From NCBI RefSeq assembly GCF_963521695.1, contig NZ_CAUQWC010000001.1:1-46020 (forward strand): a stretch of DNA of 46,020 nt, written 5' to 3'. Of this stretch, positions 38,938 to 46,020 are shown one piece after another (the first letter of the stretch is position 1; every line of letters begins with the position of its first letter). Source of the stretch: an uncultured Microbacterium sp. GTDB taxonomy: Bacteria > Actinomycetota > Actinomycetes > Actinomycetales > Microbacteriaceae. Made by a program: the position numbers and the translations under genes. The notes below the pieces were generated by a model. It was given only the letters and a program-made list of their open reading frames with translations. It searched no databases and was not told the origin of the DNA.

Positions 38938-38989
38938 ACTGGGGAGCTACTCGCGTCGGCGGCGGGGGTGCCGCGAGTCGCCCTTCCTC

Positions 38990-39796
38990 GCGTGCAAGGT
39001 TGAGTGCGGCTGTGTACCGGCGGTGCCTCCAGAAGAGGGCGACCATGGAGGACGAGACCGAGCAGGACCAGCAGCTGCAGGACGGGGATCTCCCACGGCG
39101 GGGTGTCCACCGAATGCGGGGCGACACCCGCCGTTCCGCCGATGACGAGGCTGGCGTGGCCGGTGTTCTCGACGGTGAAGGAGGTGCGAGCCGAGCCCGG
39201 GCGGAACGGTTTCCACGACATGCCGTAACCCGTGTTGATCTCCGTGACGGCGAAAGAGGGGGGCGACATCGCCCGTCACACGCGTCATCACCCGGAACCC
39301 GACCCGCTCTCCACCCCGGCCTCGGAGCCGCAGGCGTCGGTCGGCGAGACGGACGCGGCGATGCCCGCCGCAAGGTCGTCCGGGACGGCGCCCTCGGGGA
39401 CGGTGGTGAAGGGCACGACCGCCATGGCGTTGGGGCGACGGTGACTGCGTCGGGGTGGTCGATCCACCGACCCGCGTCGACGGACTCACGGTCGGACGAC
39501 GGTATGTTGAAGCGCCCGTTGTCGGGGTAGCAGCCGTCGGCCACCGAGAGCGCGCGAAGGTGACCTCGGTGCAGCTGAGATTGTGCACCGCGAGGAAGTC
39601 CCCTTGGAGGCCCCGGGGTCGAGATCCTGCTGAATAACGCCGCAGTTGTCGGCGCCCGACGCGTTGGCTGGGGTGACCGACCAGGTGATGTCGTCGGGCG
39701 AGGCGGAGTGCGCGGCGGGCATATCCAGCAACATCGCCGCGATGAGGGTCGTGACGGCGATCGCCATGCGATCAAAGAAGGACGCGTCTTAAACAT
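38990..39796 (-). pseudogene. DUF916/WxL-interacting-type surface protein, multiply frameshifted and deleted (limits approximate)
   Basis: Fragments across frames: DDITWSVTPA..GAD...LDPGA, VHNLS..EVTF, ADG.Y..NGRFN, VPFT, RVGFRVMTRVTG, VENTG and a C-terminal TM IPVLQLLVLLGLVL. Confidence 0.62.
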
Positions 39797-39856
39797 GCGG
39801 CTGCATCACCATGCCTGGCCGTCATTGATCGCGACGTCCTTGTCGCTCAAGCAAAC

Positions 39857-39890
39857 CGTGGGCCGAGCCCTGTCGAGGACTCGGCCCACG
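39857..39890 (-). terminator. Stem-loop downstream of the WxL-like gene
   Basis: CGTGGGCCGAG...CTCGGCCCACG, a perfect 11-bp stem. Confidence 0.6.
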
Positions 39891-39914
39891 AATGTTGAGC
39901 TCACGCGGGGCGGC

Positions 39915-40553
39915 TCAGAATGCGTCCTCGAACAGCGACAGGGTCAGCTTCGAGGTGTACGCACCCGGGTTGACACCCGCGTTGGTCTTCAGCACCAGGG
40001 CGGCGTCGGCCGTCCACGACGACTCCCCGCCGACCTTCACGGCCGCCGACTCCAGCGCCGTGTACAGCAGCTCCTGGTCGACGAGGCCGACCGCGTCCTC
40101 ACCGGTGTCCTCGGAGGTGCCGACGGGCTCACCTTCGGTCACCAGGCCGGCGTCGCCGCCGTCGACCAGCCGGGGGGTCCATCCGAGGTGGTCGGGCGAG
40201 ATGGTGGCGCCGTTCGGGCCGGTGAAGGCCGACGCCTGACCCACGACGTACCAGAAGTGGTCCGCCGGGATGTCTTCCACATCGCGGGTGTCGGTGACGG
40301 TGACCGTCGGCAGGGCACCATCGAACTGACGGACCTCGGGGTCACCGGATGCCACCTCCGCCAGCGTGGAGGACGTACCGGCCACCGTTAGGCTGAGGCT
40401 TCCGGGGCCGACGACAGGCGCGATCTGGACGTTGACATCGACGTCCTCGTCGCCAACCTCGGCCGCGGACGCAGCGCCAGCCGTTCCGATCAGCAGCAGA
40501 CCGCCCGCGGCAGCCACGGCGATACGCGCAACGGCATCCTTGGAAAACTTCAT
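39915..40553 (-). CDS. Secreted WxL-domain-like cell-surface protein
   Basis: Signal peptide ASA-AE, VTVTDTR...WYVVGQASAF...LGWTP, and a C-terminal GAYTSKLTLSL resembling the WxL terminal motif YxxxLTWxL. Confidence 0.65.
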   Translation of the reverse strand: MKFSKDAVARIAVAAAGGLLLIGTAGAASAAEVGDEDVDVNVQIAPVVGPGSLSLTVAGTSSTLAEVASGDPEVRQFDGALPTVTVTDTRDVEDIPADHFWYVVGQASAFTGPNGATISPDHLGWTPRLVDGGDAGLVTEGEPVGTSEDTGEDAVGLVDQELLYTALESAAVKVGGESSWTADAALVLKTNAGVNPGAYTSKLTLSLFEDAF

Positions 40554-40644
40554 TCTGTACTCCGTTTCTCCGCTCGATATCGACGTCGAACGATTGGCAA
40601 GTTCAGTGGACATCCCGGCTCCGACCGCGAGTGGGATAGTGAGA

Positions 40645-40681
40645 ATGAGGTGGGGGGCAACGTAGCCGCCTCCCACCTCAT
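40645..40681 (-). terminator. Stem-loop downstream of the GH78 gene
   Basis: ATGAGGTGGG...CCCACCTCAT, a 10-bp stem with further internal pairing. Confidence 0.55.
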
Positions 40682-40686
40682 CGCTC

Positions 40687-43600
40687 TCAGTTCTGCGACT
40701 TATACGGCGCTTCGACGGTCGACGTGGTCTTCTTCCCGTCGATGGTTGCCGTAGCCGTTACCGTGGCCTTCCCTGCAGGAATCGTCGTCTTCGCGGAATT
40801 GATGGCCGCACTAACCGTCTGGTTCGGCCGGACGTCGGTGAAGGTTTTCTTCCCGTACGCCGTGACAATGTCGATCTGCGCCGGCATCGCTGAACGGTTG
40901 ACCGCGGTGACAGTCACATATGCCTTTCCGCCGATCTTGCGAGTAGAGGCAGTGGCGTCGACCTTGACAGTGGAAGCGGGCGTCTGAACGGTGAAATCGT
41001 ACGTTCCGGAGCCAACCTCGACCGAAAGCCGACCGTTGGCGAAGGAGACAGATTTGACCCCAGGCGCGTTCGCAACGTCAACGCCGCTTTCGCGCACTAG
41101 CTGCTCGCTACTGGCAGGGATGACAATCGTCGATGAGGTGTTGGCGGGGATTGTGGCCATGAGACGCAGAGAGCCGTCTTGTGCAACGCTCCAATCCGAA
41201 GCGAGCTTGCCGTAGGAGGTGTCGAGCGACCCCTTCCCACTTGTGAGACCGCCGCCGATGGAGGGCGCAACACGAGATTTCTTGTAACCAGCCTCAACCG
41301 CTTGCAGGCCGCCGATCTGCTGGTACATCCAGTTGCCCACGGCGCCATAGGCGTAGTGGTTGAAGGAGTTCATCGACACGTCACCGAAATCGCCGTTGGG
41401 GAGGATCGAGTTCCATCGTTCCCACATGGTCGTTGCACCCGTGGCAACCTCGTAGCCCCAGGATGGGTACGTCGTGGTGTTGATCATCCGGTAAGCGAGG
41501 TCGTCTCGACCGATCGCGGTCAGCGCGGGGAGCAACTGCGGTGTGCCAACGAAGCCCGTGGTGAGATGGAAATCGGTGCGTTCGAGTTTCTCGATGAACT
41601 TCTGCCCGACTTTCGCCTTCAAGGAGGGGTCCTGGATCAGGTCGAACCCAAGCGCAAGAGCGTATCCAGTCTGCGCTCCGCCTTGAACGGTGCCGTCTGC
41701 GGACACATAGGCTTTAACGAACTCCTGCTCGATGCGGTCCGACAGTGCTGCCCACTCCCTTGCCTCATCGGTCTTCCCGATGGCCGCTGCCATTTCCGAC
41801 ATCATCTCGGCGTCCTCGGCATAGTAAGCCGTACCCAGAACGGGAATGGGAGTCGGGTCATCCAGATTGAGCCAGTCCTGTGAGAACCATGTGGCTCGAC
41901 CAGTCTCGAGAAGGTCATCTCCAGCGCTTGCTCTCACGAAGGAGAAGAACTCCGTCATGGTGTCCCAGTTGTCCCGGATGATGCTCTGGTCGTCCGAGGA
42001 CTCCCACACTGCGTGCGGGACAGTGATCGCGGCGTCCGACCAGGCGATGCCTGTCTCACCGAACGCGCGGTTCGGCGGGAAGGGTATGACACTCGGCAAG
42101 TTGCCGTCGTCATACTGAGCATCCCGAACATCGGTCATCCATTTGCCCAAGAAGGCACGAGTGTCCTTGAGGTAGCTCGCTGTGGGTGCGAACAGTCCGA
42201 TGTCACCCGTCCAACCGAGTCGCTCGTCTCGCGCCGGTGTGTCGGTCGGGATGGAGACGAAGTTTCCTCGCTGTCCCCAGCTGATGTTACTTCCCAGCTT
42301 GTTGAGCAACTCGCTGGATGTTGACAACGTTCCGGTGTCGGGGAGGTCAGATTCCCACACCTTGCCTTTCACGTCATTCAAGCCGGGGGCAGTTCGAGCG
42401 CCCGAGACTTCGATGTAGCGGAAGCCGTGCTGAGTGAACCGAGGCTCGTAGGTGATCGCACCGTCGGTAGCGAATGTGTAGTAGTCGGTGGCGTCTGCGC
42501 TGCGCAGGTTCGCGGTGTAGAGGGAGCCGTCTTTGTTCAGCTCCTCACCGTGACGAATGCGAATACGGTCTCCCGCGCGGCCTGTGACGGTCACGGCGGC
42601 CACGCCGACCATGTTCTGGCCTACGTCATAGATAAAAACGCCGGGCGACGGTTCGGTTCGGTTGACGGTGCTCAACACCTGGGTCTCGCGCACAGGTTCG
42701 TCAGGCTGTGGGGTCAGAACGCTCGTGCTCGAGTCAATTACACGCACGGGGCCCCAGCCGGTTGAGTCAAACCCGGGACTGTTCCACCCGCTCTGTTCGG
42801 CGCGCGCGTCGTAGTTCTCCCCATCCTGCAGGTCCGCTTGGCGGAAGGCGCTCTTACCCGATGTCCAGGTGTTGTCCGTGCTGATCCACTCACTGCGACC
42901 GTCTGCGTAGTCAAGACGGATCTTCGCGATCAACGCCTTGTCGGCTCGCTTACCGTATTGTTCGCGCCAGTCCAGCCCGATGGTTCCTGCCCACCAACCG
43001 TCGGAAACGATCGCTCCGACGGTGTTTGCCCCCGGCTTCAGGAGCTTGGTGACGTCGTATGTTTGCGACTGGATGCGGGTGCGATAGTCGGTCCATCCGG
43101 GTGCGAGCTTCTGGTCGCCGACGGTCTGACCGTTGATGGACATCTCATAGACACCGTGCGCTGAAGCATAAACTCGTGCGCTCACGAGTCCGTCCCGGAC
43201 AGTGAGGTCCTTACGGAAAGCCGGCATGTTGCTCGAGTCGGAGACCGGTAAAGCCTCAACCGCCCCCGAGACCACGAGCTTTCCAGCGTCGACGACCCCA
43301 GCAGTCAGGGGGTTGTCGTCGAAAGATGTTTTGAGGAGTGACTTACCATCAGCCGCAGTGACGGTCAGGTCGTCGATTCGCGCTGATGTGTTGTCGATGG
43401 GGTGGGTTCGGACACCAACGAATCCTGCAGGGAAGGTTCCATCCGTGCGGTCATCGACCTGGACGCCATCGAGCGTTGTGACGAATCGGTTGCCAGTTGC
43501 CGTGATCTCGAGCTTGTGCGTGCCGGACCTGAGGGTCGTCGCTGTTATGCCGAAGCGTGAAAGATCCACCTCGCCGAGGAGGGAGTATGAGCCTCCCCGG

Positions 43601-44292
43601 GTGATGTGTGGACGCAGTAGCGCTCGATCGCCGCTCAGCATCAGCTGCCACATGTAACCATTGCTTGTATCGCTTGCGCGTACAAACATGCCGAACGCCC
43701 CGCGCTCGATTGTGAAGTTTGTTGTAGCCGTGTAGTCCCGCCAAGACTGCCAGTCTGGCTTCGAGCCGTCCGCGATCCAGGACGCGCCTGACCATGCAGT
43801 GGGGCCGGAAAGGCCGGTCTCGAAGATCGCAGGCGCGCTGTAGCTGGATACCGCTCCGGCACCGTCCCAGGTCCGCACACTCCAGAAGTACTGTCTATTT
43901 GATTGCAGATCAGGTCCGCCGTAGGCAATTCCTACCTGGTCGTCGCCGCTGACTTTGCCCGAATCCCACACGTCGGAACCGTTCGGTGAGGTACCGACGA
44001 TCACCTGGTAGGCAGTTTGAGTAACGCCTCGCTGAGGTGAAGATGTGATCCATCCAAAGGTTGGATCCGAGGTCGGCAATCCCACCGGGTCGGTTCGGCC
44101 ATTCACTTTGAGGTCCCGGACATTGGTGTTCGACGAGACTTCGACGGCGAACGCTGATGGGGCGACGAGCGCACTTGCTATCAAAGCGGAGCCCATTAAG
44201 GCAGCAGTCAGCTGCATCGAACGTAGGCCGAATTGCATGCTTCCTGGCCTCTTCTTGGCAGTCGTCGACTGGACTGAGTTGGGGTTCACCAT
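40687..44292 (-). CDS. Secreted GH78 alpha-L-rhamnosidase with extra domains
   Basis: Signal peptide AFA-VE, WDSGKV, LAPGWTDY, DVGQNMVG, FTQHGFRY, SIPTDTPARDERLGWTGD, GATTMWERW, SFNHYAYG. Confidence 0.93.
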   Translation of the reverse strand: MVNPNSVQSTTAKKRPGSMQFGLRSMQLTAALMGSALIASALVAPSAFAVEVSSNTNVRDLKVNGRTDPVGLPTSDPTFGWITSSPQRGVTQTAYQVIVGTSPNGSDVWDSGKVSGDDQVGIAYGGPDLQSNRQYFWSVRTWDGAGAVSSYSAPAIFETGLSGPTAWSGASWIADGSKPDWQSWRDYTATTNFTIERGAFGMFVRASDTSNGYMWQLMLSGDRALLRPHITRGGSYSLLGEVDLSRFGITATTLRSGTHKLEITATGNRFVTTLDGVQVDDRTDGTFPAGFVGVRTHPIDNTSARIDDLTVTAADGKSLLKTSFDDNPLTAGVVDAGKLVVSGAVEALPVSDSSNMPAFRKDLTVRDGLVSARVYASAHGVYEMSINGQTVGDQKLAPGWTDYRTRIQSQTYDVTKLLKPGANTVGAIVSDGWWAGTIGLDWREQYGKRADKALIAKIRLDYADGRSEWISTDNTWTSGKSAFRQADLQDGENYDARAEQSGWNSPGFDSTGWGPVRVIDSSTSVLTPQPDEPVRETQVLSTVNRTEPSPGVFIYDVGQNMVGVAAVTVTGRAGDRIRIRHGEELNKDGSLYTANLRSADATDYYTFATDGAITYEPRFTQHGFRYIEVSGARTAPGLNDVKGKVWESDLPDTGTLSTSSELLNKLGSNISWGQRGNFVSIPTDTPARDERLGWTGDIGLFAPTASYLKDTRAFLGKWMTDVRDAQYDDGNLPSVIPFPPNRAFGETGIAWSDAAITVPHAVWESSDDQSIIRDNWDTMTEFFSFVRASAGDDLLETGRATWFSQDWLNLDDPTPIPVLGTAYYAEDAEMMSEMAAAIGKTDEAREWAALSDRIEQEFVKAYVSADGTVQGGAQTGYALALGFDLIQDPSLKAKVGQKFIEKLERTDFHLTTGFVGTPQLLPALTAIGRDDLAYRMINTTTYPSWGYEVATGATTMWERWNSILPNGDFGDVSMNSFNHYAYGAVGNWMYQQIGGLQAVEAGYKKSRVAPSIGGGLTSGKGSLDTSYGKLASDWSVAQDGSLRLMATIPANTSSTIVIPASSEQLVRESGVDVANAPGVKSVSFANGRLSVEVGSGTYDFTVQTPASTVKVDATASTRKIGGKAYVTVTAVNRSAMPAQIDIVTAYGKKTFTDVRPNQTVSAAINSAKTTIPAGKATVTATATIDGKKTTSTVEAPYKSQN

Positions 44293-44364
44293 CGAACCTT
44301 CCTTTCGCGCTTCATCACACCTGGAGATCTGGCAGGGCAGCCAATACGTGAGCGTACGGCATTT

Positions 44365-44376
44365 TGATACGTTTCA
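44365..44376. promoter_or_regulatory. LacI-type operator (rhamnose regulon site 3)
   Basis: TGATACGTTTCA matches the core of sites 1 and 2 at 10/12 and lies about 70 bp upstream of the GH78 start. Confidence 0.6.
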
Positions 44377-44485
44377 GAAGCAGATTTCAGGCGCCTTCCA
44401 GGATGAGCGACCTTGACCCGGCGGGGCTCATAGGGGTCTCGCTTGCCAGCACCGTCAGCACTGGCTACGCAGCGCCCTCTGCGAC

Positions 44486-45019
44486 GACCCCGTCACCGGT
44501 GAGCCGGTGAAGCTGCTGTGGGTGAAGGGCTCGGGCGGTGATCTGGGCACGCCTCATCGAGGAGGGCCTTGCCGTCCTGCGCCTCGACCGCATGCGCGCC
44601 CTCGTAGACGTGTACCCGGGTATCGACCGCGAAGACGAGATGGTCGCGGCATCCGGTTCCTCCAAAACGTCGCTGGCCTGTGGCTCCTGAGCGAGACCGT
44701 ACGGGCGTGGTCCGAGGCCGACGACCCCTCCCTCGCGGCACCCGGCGACATGCCCGCGCGCATCGCGGCGGTGCTCGGGTGCGACGCTCCCGGTCAATCG
44801 CGCCGGTCTCCCCGTGCTCGCCGGGCCCATCGAGGTCTCGGCGCTGGGCAACGTGCTCGTGCAGGCCCGGGCGCTCGGCACGTTCGGGCCGGAGGCCTCG
44901 CTCGCCGACCTGCGTGCCCGTGTGGCCGCAGCGTTCCCTCCGCGGCGTTTCTAACCACGACCCTGCGCCCCTTCCTGCGTCCGGCGGCCGATGTCGACAC
45001 TTCTTGTGAGGTCCCCGGC
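44486..45019 (+). pseudogene. Collapsed remnant of a second rhaD-rhaB-lldD operon
   Basis: Collinear blocks align to intact rhaD 30132-29968, rhaB 27336-27262, 27190-27107 and 26947-26786, and lldD 26478-26431. Confidence 0.9.
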
Positions 45020-45251
45020 TGGCCTGGTGTTCATCCAGATGGGGTTGACCGGGATCGCCGAGGCCGTGCGCCGTTCGAGCACTTCGCCGGTCCGTAGCGA
45101 CGTCGGCGAATTGCACCGCCGCTACCTCTGGCTCATGCTCGACGCGCTCCGCGTGCATCCGCACGAGGCGTCACCGCTTCCTGTTCCCGCTCTGACCAGC
45201 GGGCAGACTCAGCGTCTGCTCGCTGGACGAGCCGCTCAACCCGCGGGCTAA
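45020..45251 (+). pseudogene. C-terminal fragment of a TetR-family regulator
   Basis: LVFIQMGLTGI...ELHRRYLWLMLDALR...PLPVPALT resembles a TetR C-terminus; there is no HTH, and it directly abuts the lldD remnant. Confidence 0.5.
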
Positions 45252-45362
45252 CCCACAGACCCCAAGCCACGGCGGTCGCGGTGAGGCGGGCGAGTACATG
45301 CGTGCTCAATGCGACCAGATCGGGCGACGAAGCCCGCTCTTCGGCGTCGTGGTTCGGGGCGG

Positions 45363-45846
45363 TCACCGTGCGGGTCGCACACGCGAAAGGGTCGGGGTTA
45401 CGCCGGCAGCTGAGGTTTGAGTATCAGCCGATATCGCGAGCAGGATGAGGTTGTCAGCGCTGGAGGTTCCCGGATCGGCCGTGTAGGTGGTGATGGAGAT
45501 GTGCGGGTCTCCCGGGAGGGCGAAGTCGTTATAGGTGACGTCCAATGTGCCGGCGACGGGATGGTTGATGATCTTGCGGCCGCGGAGGTGACGATGCACG
45601 TTGTGCTTCGCCCACCGCTGCCGGAAATCGCTACTCAAGGTGGACAGCTCACCCACGAGCTCGGTGGTCTTCTGATCAAGCGGGTCCCGACCCGCCGTCG
45701 CGCGAAGTACGGCGACGCACAGGTCGCGGGCATCGTCGAGGTTGGTGTAGTACTCGGTGGCACGACTGTCGAGGAAGGCGAATCGGGCGAAGTTGGGCTG
45801 CTGACTTGTGTCGAACAGAGGGCTGTAGAGGGCTCGCCCTAACGCG
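45363..45846 (-). pseudogene. MmyB-like ligand-binding domain of an XRE regulator, with the 5' HTH missing
   Basis: ALGRALYSPLFD...PNFARFAFLD...VAVLRATAGRDP...LVGELSTLSSDFRQRWAKHNV...HPVAGTL...YTADPGTSS. Confidence 0.8.
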
Positions 45847-46020
45847 CAATCGAAGATCTGGACATGAGCACGTTCAAGCCGTACTACCCCGAGTATCTCA
45901 AGCGTCCCGAGGACGAGTTCGGTGACGAGCTTGTCGAATGGCTGGAGCGATACGCAAATGGCAACGGGCGTGAGGAACGGATCGGTGACAACTGATCGTT
46001 AGTGCCGGGAGGCGCTGGCG

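Noticed and set aside
44390..44485. Possible rhaI fragments (CCTTCCAGGATGAG; GVSLASTVST) upstream of the operon remnant
   Set aside because: The matches are very short and not in rhaI order, so they cannot be distinguished from chance by eye.
1..46020. CRISPR array, rRNA, tRNA or riboswitch
   Set aside because: I saw no regularly spaced repeat-spacer units and no recognisable structural RNA. A covariance-model search would be needed to exclude small RNAs.

Overview
High-GC actinobacterial (Microbacterium-like) accessory region built from three nutrient-acquisition blocks separated by decayed DNA. (1) 1-10830: a leftward operon under tandem Zur-like boxes. It encodes an anchored-repeat (TIGR03769-73 type) Zn/Mn ABC transporter and several surface or secreted proteins with His-motif TIGR03769-like domains, including a 1527-aa SdrD-B/TIGR03769 protein. 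An Acr3-like pseudogene and an ArsR/SmtB regulator with a nonsense-interrupted His-rich protein follow. (2) 12429-21230: an Mpt/IrtAB-like module (two fused ABC transporters, ECF S/T/AA components, MFS) divergent from a TetR gene, with an IdeR/DtxR-like box and no biosynthesis genes. A decayed zone with a degenerate IS3 element occupies 21230-25460. (3) 25462-44292: a complete L-rhamnose locus (rhaM, rhaI, aldolase/dehydrogenase, rhaB, lactate dehydrogenase, ABC importer, two LacI regulators) plus a secreted GH78 rhamnosidase, a WxL-like protein and a DUF916-like pseudogene. At 44486-45019 lies a roughly 535-bp collinear remnant of a second rha operon, collapsed by microhomology-bounded deletions. 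All family assignments come from motif recognition, not database searches.
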